Of a stretch of 43,863 bases of DNA, positions 8,410-18,018 are shown piece after piece. The notes beneath the pieces were generated by a model. It made no database searches. It saw only the letters and a list, made by a program, of their open reading frames with translations, and was not told the origin of the DNA. How positions within the stretch are numbered: the stretch's first letter is position 1; each line of letters opens with the position of its first letter. The translations under genes and the position numbers were made by a program. Location: sequence record SRR31156797_9699. One strand, written 5' to 3'.

Positions 8410-9147
8410 ATGGCCAACGGATTCAGCCAGATCAACCGCTCAGCAAGTCTCACCGACGAGGTGGCAGCCAGAATAAAGGATTCCATTTTGAACGGAGATT
8501 ACGCCCCCGGTGATGCGATGCCCATCGAAAAAGAGATGGTGCATCAATTCGGCGTCAGTCGTGTGGTCATCCGAGAAGCGTTAAAGGAACTTAAATCAAA
8601 AGGTTTGATTGAAATCCGCCGTGGACCCAAAGGCGGCCCTTACGTAACACATTTTGACAAAATGTCCTTTGGCGAACAATTTATCGATATGGTCCGCCTT
8701 CGGCGCATAACCGTTGATCAACTCTATGACGCCAGGTTACTCTTTGAACCGGAGGTGGTACGCATTGTTCTCAAGAACATTACGGAAGAACAGATCGCAA
8801 CACTTAGGAAGCAGGTTTCAAAGGAAAAGGCCGAGTCCAATCCAGTCAGGCGGAAAGACCTGTTCCGAAACTTCCATCGAAAGCTGGGAGAATTCAGTGG
8901 AAACCCATTCTATGCACTAATGATGGACAGTTTCATGGACTTCGTGGACCGGTTTCTTATGGCCATCAATCCAGGGACTTATGACCTGCATGACCAGCAT
9001 ACCCACGGCGAAATCACCGAGGCCATCGCCGCCGGAGATGAGATGAAAGCCATCACACTGCTGCGGGCACATCTGCTGGATATTCGCGACAAAATGGTAG
9101 CCCAGGAAGAGGAATTTATCTCCCGGTCACGTGGAATGTTTGCTTGA
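8410..9147 (+). CDS. GntR/FadR family transcriptional regulator
   Basis: wHTH FGVSRVVIREAL..L...GLIEIRRG plus FCD domain (FHRKLGEFSGN, HGEITEAI). Confidence 0.93.
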   Translation: MANGFSQINRSASLTDEVAARIKDSILNGDYAPGDAMPIEKEMVHQFGVSRVVIREALKELKSKGLIEIRRGPKGGPYVTHFDKMSFGEQFIDMVRLRRITVDQLYDARLLFEPEVVRIVLKNITEEQIATLRKQVSKEKAESNPVRRKDLFRNFHRKLGEFSGNPFYALMMDSFMDFVDRFLMAINPGTYDLHDQHTHGEITEAIAAGDEMKAITLLRAHLLDIRDKMVAQEEEFISRSRGMFA

Positions 9148-9156
9148 AATGGACTC

Positions 9157-9258
9157 ATGGAAAGAGATAGGGAATGGAATATGAATTTTCATCGCCTGGT
9201 GGCCAAAGCAAGCCATAATTCCATGTATGAACTGCTGGTGAATATCCTCTTGTGTTAA
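9157..9258 (+). pseudogene. Fragment of the FCD domain of a second FadR-type regulator
   Basis: Hand translation MERDREWNMNFHRLVAKASHNSMYELLVNILLC*, which aligns with NFHRKLGEFSGNPFYALMMDSFM of the upstream gene. Confidence 0.6.
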
Positions 9259-9310
9259 TTTGACATTAAACTTTTTGAAAAATCACTTGAGGCAGTATCA
9301 GACAGAAAAA

Positions 9311-9595
9311 ATGGAATATAAAGTGCTTTTAACGGTTTTCATTGCTGTTTTCATTGCCGAACTGGGTGACAAGACCCAATTGGCCACAATGCTTTTTGCC
9401 GCCGACAAGGAGGTAAGTAAGCTTACCGTATTTATCGGTGCCTCTTTTGCCCTGATTGCCGCATCTGGCATCGGCGTCCTTGCAGGGGGTCTTATCTCCC
9501 GGTATATCAGCGAAAAACATCTACAGTTGATTGCGGGTATCGGGTTTATGGCCATCGGGATATGGATGCTTTATAAAGCGATGACGTCAGCTTGA
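9311..9595 (+). CDS. TMEM165/GDT1 (UPF0016) family membrane protein, single-repeat form
   Basis: AELGDKTQLAT signature and three hydrophobic segments. Confidence 0.9.
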   Translation: MEYKVLLTVFIAVFIAELGDKTQLATMLFAADKEVSKLTVFIGASFALIAASGIGVLAGGLISRYISEKHLQLIAGIGFMAIGIWMLYKAMTSA

Positions 9596-9625
9596 CACCA
9601 TGCATGACGGCAGCCGCCATACACC

Positions 9626-9654
9626 TTGACACCCCAGGCTCTCATCAGTATAGT
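9626..9654 (+). promoter_or_regulatory. Sigma70 promoter for yhaO-yhaN
   Basis: TTGACA-N17-TATAGT. Confidence 0.7.
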
Positions 9655-9726
9655 TCTTTCCCGAAATAACAAGTTCCCATCCCCATTTTCACCTAATCAA
9701 GGGGTGAACGGAGTGGAAAAAGAGCC

Positions 9727-11010
9727 ATGTTTCGATTTATTCATGCGGCGGATATCCATCTGGACAGCCCCTTAAAGGGTCTGGAGGGCTATGAAGACGC
9801 CCCCGTGGACGAAATCCGAAACGCCAGCCGGCGGGCCTTTGACAACCTGGTGACGCTTGCCATGGAAGAAGAGGTCCGCTTTGTGCTCCTGGCCGGAGAT
9901 CTCTACGACGGAGACTGGAAGGATTACAACACGGGACTTTTTTTCACGAATCGCATGGGACGTCTGAAACGGCAAGGGATAAAAGTATTCATGGTGTCGG
10001 GCAACCACGACGCCCAAAGCCGCATATCCCAGCATCTCCAACCCCCGGATAACGTAACGACCTTTTCCGCCCGCAAGCCGGAAACCGTCCTGCTGGACGA
10101 CATGGGCGCAGCCATTCATGGGCAGGGATATGCTTCCAGGGCAATCACCCGAAACCTGGCGCAACACTACCCCCAATACCGTCCCGGCTACTTCAACATC
10201 GGGCTGCTTCACACCGGCTTAAACGGTAGGGAAGGGCATGAGCCTTATGCCCCCTGCTCCCCGGACGACCTTAAATCGAAGGGGTACGACTACTGGGCCC
10301 TGGGACACGTTCATCGGCGGGAAGTGGTCTGTAAGGATCCCTGGATCATTTTTCCCGGAAACCTTCAGGGACGGCATATTCGGGAAACGGGGCCCAAAGG
10401 CGCATCCATTGTCACCGTGGAAAACGGCCGGATCACGGATGTTACCCACCATGACCTGGATGTTCTCAGGTTCTGCATGGCCCGGGTGAACCTGTCCCAT
10501 TGCCGCCATATGGATGGGGTACACGACCCGGTCCTTCAGGCGCTGGAAGCCCAACAGGCGCAGGCGGATGGGCGGGTCCTGGCCGTTCGCCTGGAAATCA
10601 CGGGGGAAAGTCCCTTTCATATGAATCTCCTTTCCGATGCCGCCCGCCTTACGGAATCCTTTCGCGGCATCACAGCGGGACTGGGGGATATGTGGCTTGA
10701 AAAGGTCCTTTTCACAACCGTTAAAAAGGATCTCCCCAAGGAAATAACGGGGGAAATGATCGGGGAAGAAACGCCCCTGCACAACATAATGGCGGCGGTG
10801 GATCAATTGAAATGGGATCCGGAGCAGCTGCAAGACCCCCTCTCCCTTCAAATCCCGGACATCGCAGCCCTCAAAAGCAAACTGCCCCCCGATCTTCTGG
10901 GAAACGACGATCCACTGATCCCGAACCGACCGCAAAAAATCATGGATCTCTTGAATGATGTCAAAGCGCTCTTGGCCGCCCGATTGAGCCGGCAGGAGAA
11001 CTTGCCATGA
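9727..11010 (+). CDS. Mre11/SbcD-like metallophosphoesterase (YhaO type DNA repair exonuclease)
   Basis: HAADIHLD, AGDLYD, GNHD, LLHT, YWALGHVH, PGNLQGRH. Confidence 0.9.
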   Translation: MFRFIHAADIHLDSPLKGLEGYEDAPVDEIRNASRRAFDNLVTLAMEEEVRFVLLAGDLYDGDWKDYNTGLFFTNRMGRLKRQGIKVFMVSGNHDAQSRISQHLQPPDNVTTFSARKPETVLLDDMGAAIHGQGYASRAITRNLAQHYPQYRPGYFNIGLLHTGLNGREGHEPYAPCSPDDLKSKGYDYWALGHVHRREVVCKDPWIIFPGNLQGRHIRETGPKGASIVTVENGRITDVTHHDLDVLRFCMARVNLSHCRHMDGVHDPVLQALEAQQAQADGRVLAVRLEITGESPFHMNLLSDAARLTESFRGITAGLGDMWLEKVLFTTVKKDLPKEITGEMIGEETPLHNIMAAVDQLKWDPEQLQDPLSLQIPDIAALKSKLPPDLLGNDDPLIPNRPQKIMDLLNDVKALLAARLSRQENLP

Positions 11011-14000
11011 GGATCAAACGGCTCGATCTGATTGCCTTTGGCCCATTCACGGACCGGACCCTGGTTTTTGATTCAAGGGGCCGGGGTCTAACCGTCATAT
11101 TCGGCCTCAACGAAGCGGGCAAGAGCAGTTCCCTCCGAGCCCTCAAATGCCTCCTGTATGGCATCCCGGAACGAACCCCCGATAACTTCCTGCACTCCAA
11201 TGACCAACTCCTCCTGGGCGGCTGTCTGAAAGGCCATGGCGGAAGGGAACTCACTTTTCTGCGTCGAAAACGACGAAAAACCTCCCTGTTCGACGTCCAT
11301 GACAACCCTCTGGGCGTAGATGCCCTTGCACCTTTTCTTCGCGGCATCGGGCAGGATGAGTTTGAAACCCTTTACGGCATCGATCACGAAGCCCTGGTGC
11401 AGGGGGGCCGGAACATCCTGGCCCAGAAAGGTGAAGTGGGTCAGGCCCTTTTTTCCGCCGGCGCCGGCATCGCCTCCCTCAGGGAAATTTTGAATGCACT
11501 GGACATCGAAGCGGATCAACTATTCAGGCCCCGGGCCTCCACCCGGGACATCAATCGGGCCATCAGCGGGTATAAAAAGTTTCAGAAGGAGATGCGCGCG
11601 GCCACCCTCTCCGGACGGGACTGGATGAATGTGGCAGAGGACCTTCGAAAGACCGAAGCGGAGTTGGTGAAGGTTGAACAACAAAGAAGGGAAAAGGATA
11701 TTGAACGACGGCAGCTGGAACGCCTCAAACAGGCCCTGCCGCAACTGGCATTGCGCCAACAGGTTCTGGATCGCCTTCAAGCACTGGGGGAGTTCCCTCA
11801 CCTTCCCCATGACTTTACCAAACGACGAAAAAAAGCGACCCAAGACCTGCAAGCCGCCCAACAGAGCCGAAACGCCGCCGTCGGCCTATTGTCATCACTC
11901 AGGGAAAAGAAGGAAAACATTTCATTTAATCCGGTCCTCCTGGATGAAAGCCAATGGATTGAAGCCCTCTGCCAGAAACTGGGGAGCCACCGGAAAGCCA
12001 TGAAGGACCGTCCTCGACTGGAGGGGATGCGCATCAGCTGCAAAAGCGAAGCGGCTGCCCTTCTCAAACAGGTCCCAACGGACCTGTCCCTGGAGCAGGT
12101 GGAGCACCTGCGCCCTTTCCTGGGGAAACGAAAGGCCATTCAAGCCCTGGCCTCAAAATACGAAGCCTTGAAACAAAACAAACGGCAGCACCGGCAACAA
12201 TGTCGTCGCTTGGCGGCAACACTTTCCAATATAGAGGGTTCTCTTACGCAAATGCCCTCGCTCCCCGATACGGACGACCTGGTCCAAGCCGTGAAACTGG
12301 CCCGAAAATCAGGGGATCTGGACGGCCGGCTCCTTGAAAAAACCGGGCTTTACGAAGCTCGAAAAGCACAACTTGTGGGAGGACTTTCTCACTTAGGCCT
12401 CTGGGATGGCGACATTACAAAAATCTCTCAGCTGCCGCTTCCCCTTCGGGAAACCATCCTTCGATTTGACGAAAATTTTCGCGCCTGCAATGAAAAACTG
12501 GGCGCTGCGGAAAAAGAGTGCAAAACCCTGTCGGATGTCCGGGGGCGTATCACGCGCCACACCAGGGAGATTCAATATTCGGGCGAGGTGCCCACCGAAA
12601 GGGAGCTGGAACAGGTTCGAAAATCACGGGATGCGCAATGGCACCGGATCAGAGAACATTGGCTGGAAAGGAAAGAGAACCCCCTTGAAAGCGTTTCATT
12701 GGCTGAAAATATGGATCTCTCGGATACCTACGAAAACCAAATCAAAATGGCGGATCACCTGGCTGACCGGTTACGCCGGGAAGCAGACCGGGTCCATAAA
12801 TTTGCGACGCTCAAAGCGGATCAACTGGCCAACCGGGAGGCAACGGAAGCCACCCGTAAAAACCTGGAAGATCTCAATGCTGAATGGGAGGAGATTTCCA
12901 AAGAATGGAAATCGATCTGGAAGCCCTGCGGCATTGTACCCCTCCCCCCGAGTGAAATGCTGGGCTGGTCCGACAAATTTGAAAAAATCCGGTTCGGTGC
13001 AGTGGAATTGAATAAACTTGAAGAGGAAATCAACAGCAAAAAAAAAGAAAGAGAAAAGTTGCGGCAGGGTCTTCTGGCGGCCTCAATGAATCTTGAAAAC
13101 ACTAAAACATTCCGGGATGAAACCCTGGAACCGGTTCTCGTATTCTCTGAGACCCTTCTTGAAAATCTGGACCGGAAAAAAAATGAGCGACGGAAGCTGC
13201 TGGAAAAACAAAATGACCTGCTCAATGATCTTAAATCGGCACGGCATCATGAAGAAACGGCTCGCGAGGAATCGGCAGACTGGGAAAAGCGCTGGCGCGA
13301 ATCCGCATCCCTTTTAAACAATAACGGCCCGGACAAATCCCGTTTCATCATTTTGCCGGAAGAGGCAAACGATATTCTTGAAAGTATTCAGGGCTGTTTC
13401 CTGAAACTCAAAGAGGCCGACGAAAAACATAAAAGAATCGTGGGCATTGATCGTGATGCCAAAAACTTTGTGATGGAAGTTCAAGAGCTGGTGAAAAAAG
13501 TGGCCCCGGATCTGGAAAGCCTTCAGCCGGAGCAAGCGGTTCAGGAACTCCAGTCTCTCTTAAAGCAAAACCTGGAGCAAAAGACCCTTCTTCAGAAATA
13601 CACCCGGGAAATAGAAGAGGCGGAGGAGGACAACAACAGAGCTGAGGCGGCCATTCATGGGGCAACGTTGGAAATGGCGGAGTTGAGACGGATCGCCGGT
13701 TGCAAAGAGACGGATGATCTTGAAGAGGCGGAACGTATGGCCAGGGAACACGGGGACCTCCACCGAAAATGCAACGAAACGGAAATCGCATTGCTCACCG
13801 GCGCTGAAGGGTTCAGCATTTCCCAACTGGAAAAACAGGCGAAAATGCTGGACCCCGATGAATTGCCGGGGGAAATTGAGTCCCTGAACAGGGAAATTGA
13901 GCAACATCTTGACCCGGAAATCAGACGCCTATCTGAAACCCTGGGAGAAAAGAAGAGAGAACTCCAACAGATGGATGGCAGCGCAAAGGCAGCTGAAGCG

Positions 14001-14528
14001 GCCCTTTCGGCCCAGCAAACCTTAGCTGGCATTCGACGGATGAGCGAACATTTCATTCGGCTCAAGGTGGCTTCAACCCTATTGAAGCAGGAAATTGAAC
14101 GGTTCAGGAATGAAAACCAGGACCCCATACTGAAAATTGCCTCCCGGTATTTCCGGCAATTGACCCTGGGTTCCTTTGAAGCGCTGAAAACGGACGAAGA
14201 TGACAGGGGGCAACCGGTGCTGGTAGGTTTGAAGCATCAGAATCGCATGATCCGGGTGGAAGGGATGAGTTCCGGAACCCGCGATCAGCTCTACCTGTCC
14301 CTGCGGCTTGCATCCCTTCAAAAGCGCCGGGAAACCGGGGAGACCATGCCTTTCATCGTGGACGATATCCTTATAAACTTTGACGATGAGCGTGCCGAAG
14401 CCACCCTGGAAGCCCTGGCGGAACTGGCATCAAAAACCCAGGTCATTCTCTTTACCCATCACGGGCGGATTGCGGAGGAAGCGGAAAAAATGGCCCACAC
14501 AACAAACTTGGAAGTGCATCACCTTTGA
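11007..14528 (+). CDS. YhaN-type SMC/Rad50-like AAA ATPase with long coiled coil
   Basis: Walker A GLNEAGKSS, signature MSSGTRDQLYLSLRLA, Walker B FIVDDILINFDD, FTHH. ATGA overlap with the upstream gene. Confidence 0.9.
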   Translation: MRIKRLDLIAFGPFTDRTLVFDSRGRGLTVIFGLNEAGKSSSLRALKCLLYGIPERTPDNFLHSNDQLLLGGCLKGHGGRELTFLRRKRRKTSLFDVHDNPLGVDALAPFLRGIGQDEFETLYGIDHEALVQGGRNILAQKGEVGQALFSAGAGIASLREILNALDIEADQLFRPRASTRDINRAISGYKKFQKEMRAATLSGRDWMNVAEDLRKTEAELVKVEQQRREKDIERRQLERLKQALPQLALRQQVLDRLQALGEFPHLPHDFTKRRKKATQDLQAAQQSRNAAVGLLSSLREKKENISFNPVLLDESQWIEALCQKLGSHRKAMKDRPRLEGMRISCKSEAAALLKQVPTDLSLEQVEHLRPFLGKRKAIQALASKYEALKQNKRQHRQQCRRLAATLSNIEGSLTQMPSLPDTDDLVQAVKLARKSGDLDGRLLEKTGLYEARKAQLVGGLSHLGLWDGDITKISQLPLPLRETILRFDENFRACNEKLGAAEKECKTLSDVRGRITRHTREIQYSGEVPTERELEQVRKSRDAQWHRIREHWLERKENPLESVSLAENMDLSDTYENQIKMADHLADRLRREADRVHKFATLKADQLANREATEATRKNLEDLNAEWEEISKEWKSIWKPCGIVPLPPSEMLGWSDKFEKIRFGAVELNKLEEEINSKKKEREKLRQGLLAASMNLENTKTFRDETLEPVLVFSETLLENLDRKKNERRKLLEKQNDLLNDLKSARHHEETAREESADWEKRWRESASLLNNNGPDKSRFIILPEEANDILESIQGCFLKLKEADEKHKRIVGIDRDAKNFVMEVQELVKKVAPDLESLQPEQAVQELQSLLKQNLEQKTLLQKYTREIEEAEEDNNRAEAAIHGATLEMAELRRIAGCKETDDLEEAERMAREHGDLHRKCNETEIALLTGAEGFSISQLEKQAKMLDPDELPGEIESLNREIEQHLDPEIRRLSETLGEKKRELQQMDGSAKAAEAALSAQQTLAGIRRMSEHFIRLKVASTLLKQEIERFRNENQDPILKIASRYFRQLTLGSFEALKTDEDDRGQPVLVGLKHQNRMIRVEGMSSGTRDQLYLSLRLASLQKRRETGETMPFIVDDILINFDDERAEATLEALAELASKTQVILFTHHGRIAEEAEKMAHTTNLEVHHL

Positions 14529-14568
14529 GGAGGGAAAGCTTATCTATTACGCCAATAAACGGTCGGGA

Positions 14569-15096
14569 GTGCTTAAGGACACCGGTCTTGGACTCATTCA
14601 TATCTACTGAGGACAGGGGGTCGGCAAAACCACCCGTGCGGTGGGGTTGGCCATCAGGGCCGCGGGAGCGGGGCTCAAGGTTGATTTTGTCCAATTCATG
14701 AAATCGGGGACATCAGGGGAAACCGTCATCTTCGCCGAGATCCCCAATATACGATACCGGTGCCCGGGGGAACACCCGTTCATCCGATCCGGAGAACCTG
14801 AAGCCGTTCACTACAAACATGCGGCCCTTGCCTACGGGTATGCCGTTGAGGCGGTTGAAAACGGGGTTGAATTGCTCATCTGCGACGAAATCATGAATAC
14901 CCTTATTTTCGGACTGTTGAAAAAAGACCGGATCTTTGAGTTAATGGATATGTGCCGGGGAAAAACCGAACTGGTCATGACCGGCGCCAGCACGCCGGGG
15001 GATCTCATCGAACAGGCGGATTATGCCACCGAATACAAACAGATCAAGCACCCCTACTATTCGGGTACCCAGGCACGACGGGGCATCGAATTTTAG
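14569..15096 (+). CDS. cobO: Cob(I)alamin/cob(I)yrinic acid a,c-diamide adenosyltransferase (CobO/BtuR family) with an in-frame UGA at codon 14
   Basis: Joined frame MLKDTGLGLIHIY*GQGVGKTTRAVGLAIRAAG...VQFMK...ICDE...ELVMTG...ADYATE..IKHPY..G..ARRGIEF. TGA at 14608-14610; the GTG start is tentative. Confidence 0.8.
14619..14652 (+). promoter_or_regulatory. Candidate bacterial SECIS hairpin
   Basis: Lower stem GGTCGGC/GTTGGCC (with G-U pairs), upper stem CCACC/GGTGG, loop CGTGC beginning 24 nt after the UGA. Confidence 0.45.
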
Positions 15097-15115
15097 GGCC
15101 AACAGTCCTCTTTTT

Positions 15116-15289
15116 TCATCCACTAAGCGGTTTTGCCTCATCAATGAGCATGATGGGGATATCATCCTTGATCTCATATAACAGCTTGCATTGATCACAG
15201 ATGAGCCCGTCTTTCGAATCCGTCAAATAGATATCCCCCTTGCACTTGGGGCAGGCCAGGATATCCAGCAACTCTTTACTTATGGCCAT
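15116..15289 (-). CDS. Trm112/YcaR family protein (57 aa, absent from the ORF track)
   Basis: MAISKELLDILACPKCKGDI...GLICDQCKLLYEIKDDIPIMLIDEA; GGAG SD upstream. Confidence 0.92.
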   Translation of the reverse strand: MAISKELLDILACPKCKGDIYLTDSKDGLICDQCKLLYEIKDDIPIMLIDEAKPLSG

Positions 15290-15329
15290 TTCATTTCTCC
15301 ATTATGGTTTTCATAGATTTTGCACTTTC

Positions 15330-16409
15330 TTACGGTAATAAAATATCCTTCACCGCATCATAAACGCTATCCACAGTGATATCCCGCATACAGGACCATT
15401 CATCGCACGTCTTTTTAAAGCAGGGGCCGCAAGCTGCACCCGATGTCATAACCCTGTGCTTGGAACCGTAGGGACCGGTTCTCAGGGGGGATGTGGGACC
15501 GAAAAGGGCCACCACGGAGCATCCCATGGCCGCCGCCATGTGCATGGGCCCCGTATCCGTCGTGACCAGAACACGGCAACGACCATACAGACACGCCAGT
15601 TCCTTCAAGCTGGTCCTGCCCGCGAAATTGAAAGGCCTATTCTTCATCATTGATGAAATATTTTCGATAATCGGACGATCCTCCCGGCTTCCCGTAAAAA
15701 CGATCCGGCAGGAAAAATCCTGCAGAATCCGGTCCCCCAGGGCTGCGAAAAGTTCCGGTTCCCACAGTTTGGTCTTCCATTTGGCCATGGGGTTGATGGC
15801 CAGCAGATTTCCGCCCTCGAACCCATCACCCCCGAGCATTCGATCCATGGCGCGCCGGTCGGTTACCGACACCGGAATCCGGTTGTCCCATCGATCCCAC
15901 CTACAACCCAGATAGCCTGCCACCTCCAGATAACGGTCAATGGCATGTTGATGGTAATTCACCCTGACCGGCGGCTCTTTTAAAAATAACCAGGCCCCTT
16001 CCCTGGCGCCGGCCATGCCCACCTTCCGGTTGCCTCTGGAAAGCCCCACCAGGACGCCGCTCTTGAGCAATCCCTGTAAATCAATCACCCAGTCATAACG
16101 ATGAAGCCTCAGATCATTTTTAAAGGATAAAATCTCCCGAAAAACCTGCCTGATGCGCCGGTCTTGAACCAGGTTCCGCAGCCAGGATTTCCGTTTGCTT
16201 ATGATGACCCGTCGAATGGCCGGGTGCCCTTTTATCATATCCGAAGCCCCTTCTTCCACCAGCCAGTCGATTTTCGCCCGGGGGAAATTCTGATGAAGCA
16301 CGTCCAGAAAGGCAAGGGCATGGACCACATCGCCGATGGCGCTCAGTTTGACGATCAGAATTTCCAAGGGCACATCCCTGTTCAGCTCGGTCTTCAAGCC
16401 AGAATCCAT
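15330..16409 (-). CDS. GT9 ADP-heptose:LPS heptosyltransferase (WaaC/WaaF-like)
   Basis: KLSAIGDVVH, DLQGLLKS, DTGPMHMAAA, LFGPT. Confidence 0.9.
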   Translation of the reverse strand: MDSGLKTELNRDVPLEILIVKLSAIGDVVHALAFLDVLHQNFPRAKIDWLVEEGASDMIKGHPAIRRVIISKRKSWLRNLVQDRRIRQVFREILSFKNDLRLHRYDWVIDLQGLLKSGVLVGLSRGNRKVGMAGAREGAWLFLKEPPVRVNYHQHAIDRYLEVAGYLGCRWDRWDNRIPVSVTDRRAMDRMLGGDGFEGGNLLAINPMAKWKTKLWEPELFAALGDRILQDFSCRIVFTGSREDRPIIENISSMMKNRPFNFAGRTSLKELACLYGRCRVLVTTDTGPMHMAAAMGCSVVALFGPTSPLRTGPYGSKHRVMTSGAACGPCFKKTCDEWSCMRDITVDSVYDAVKDILLP

Positions 16410-16960
16410 TTCACCGCATCCAAAAGATCTTCCGCCACATGAAAAGGCTGAAAGGGGAGCTTGGGAAAGACATATTCCAGATCCCCCATGCCATAACCGG
16501 TTTTGACCATGATCCCCTTCAAACCGGCCCGGTGGGCCATTTCAATATCCGTAGACCGATCCCCGATCACGTATGAATTCTCCATGTCAATATCAAAGGA
16601 CTTACCGGCTTTTCGAATCAGGCCGGTACCGGGCTTTCGGCAGTCACAGGTCATGCCGTAAGGGGGAACCTTTCCATTGGGGTAATGGGGACAGAAATAG
16701 ATTTCATCCAGGATTGCCCCCTCTTCCCTTATGAGGGTGTTCATTTTGTCATGCACCCGGTGCACCAGATCAATGGGGAAATACCCCCGCGCCACCCCCG
16801 ACTGGTTGCTTACAATGATGGCCAGATAGCCGGCCTCATTGAGTAAGCGGATCGCTTTCCCCGCGCCCGGCAGCAGCACAAAGCGGCTCAAATGATTGAT
16901 ATATCCCATCTGCTCATTGACGGTACCGTCCCGATCCATAAAAACAGCCGGTTTTTTCAA
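16394..16960 (-). CDS. gmhB: D-glycero-D-manno-heptose 1,7-bisphosphate phosphatase
   Basis: FMDRDGTVN, SNQSGVARG, CPH...CDCRKP, IGDR..D. Confidence 0.92.
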   Translation of the reverse strand: MKKPAVFMDRDGTVNEQMGYINHLSRFVLLPGAGKAIRLLNEAGYLAIIVSNQSGVARGYFPIDLVHRVHDKMNTLIREEGAILDEIYFCPHYPNGKVPPYGMTCDCRKPGTGLIRKAGKSFDIDMENSYVIGDRSTDIEMAHRAGLKGIMVKTGYGMGDLEYVFPKLPFQPFHVAEDLLDAVKWILA

Positions 16961-18018
16961 GAAACATCCCTCCTCAATTCTTCCATGGTTTCCCAGACCG
17001 CTTCAGGCGTAATACCCAGCATACACCGGTGATCGGTGGGGCATTCCTGCTTCAAACAGGGCGCACACGATACAGCACGCCTGACAATTCTTGTTTTGGG
17101 ACCCCTGGGGCCGGTGGTCATATGATCCGTGGAACCGAACACGGCCACGGTGGGAAGCCCAAGGGCCGAAGCCATATGCATCAATCCCGAATCATTGGTC
17201 ACAAAAAAGCGGCACAGATCCATGACCCCCATAACCGCCTTTAAGGTTGTCTTTCCACAAAGATTCAAGGCGTCGTGTTGCATGGCCCCGCAGACACGAT
17301 TACAAATGGCCCGTTCCCCACCGCTGCCGAACACAACGATTTTGGCGCCCCATTTTTGAGCCACCCGGTCCCCAATGGCCGCGAATCGATCCGGCGGCCA
17401 TCGTTTTGCGTCTCCAAAGACCGCCCCGGGGCTCAACCCCACGATGAAATCATCCGGATCAATACCGTTAGACTTCAGAATCCCGGCCGCCCGTTCCCCA
17501 ACGCCATGCCCCATATGAAGCATCGGGTCCCTATCTTCAGCGGGCCACCCCATGGCACGCAGGATGGCACAATAATACCCCACCTGGTGGATCCTCAACA
17601 CCTTTTCGGTTCGAAAAACCCCATGGGTGAGCAAAAAGCTTCTTCCGTCGGTTTTGTAGCCCACACGCACTTTGACCCGGCCCAAGAAAGCCAAAAGCGC
17701 CGCTTCAAAGGCGTTTTGAAACAGGATGGCCAGATCAAACCGCTCTTTTCGAATCATACGGCTCATCCTTAATATCTCCACAAAACCGGCACCTTCACCC
17801 TTATCAAAAACCAGAACCCCGTCCACGGCGGGATGGTTTTCGAAAATCGGCGCGACCCAGGGTTTTGCCAGGACCGTGATATGGCGGCCGGGAAAATTCT
17901 CCCTCACCGCCTCCAGGGCCGGCAGGGTCATGACCGCATCCCCCACCCAGTTGGTGGCGCGGATCAATATGCGCTCTATGGGATCTTTTTCAATCCTTCT
18001 ACCGCAAGAAACTTTCAA
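16957..18018 (-). CDS. waaF: LPS heptosyltransferase II
   Basis: RATNWVGDAVM, PGAVFGDAKRW, NDSGLMHMA. Confidence 0.9.
   Translation of the reverse strand: MKVSCGRRIEKDPIERILIRATNWVGDAVMTLPALEAVRENFPGRHITVLAKPWVAPIFENHPAVDGVLVFDKGEGAGFVEILRMSRMIRKERFDLAILFQNAFEAALLAFLGRVKVRVGYKTDGRSFLLTHGVFRTEKVLRIHQVGYYCAILRAMGWPAEDRDPMLHMGHGVGERAAGILKSNGIDPDDFIVGLSPGAVFGDAKRWPPDRFAAIGDRVAQKWGAKIVVFGSGGERAICNRVCGAMQHDALNLCGKTTLKAVMGVMDLCRFFVTNDSGLMHMASALGLPTVAVFGSTDHMTTGPRGPKTRIVRRAVSCAPCLKQECPTDHRCMLGITPEAVWETMEELRRDVS

Noticed and set aside
8291-9637. Identical 14-mer CCTTGACACCCCAG at 8291 and 9624
   Set aside because: Both copies are centred on -35 TTGACA boxes, so promoter consensus plus chance explains them; no evidence for a target-site duplication.
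9727-14528. Nuclease + SMC-like ATPase pair as a novel anti-phage system
   Set aside because: Matches the widespread YhaO-YhaN repair-type pair, has host-like composition and no defence-island neighbours.
14380-14610. Stand-alone 76-aa ORF from the track
   Set aside because: Mostly overlaps yhaN out of frame; only its last 13 codons are meaningful, as the N-terminus of the adenosyltransferase.
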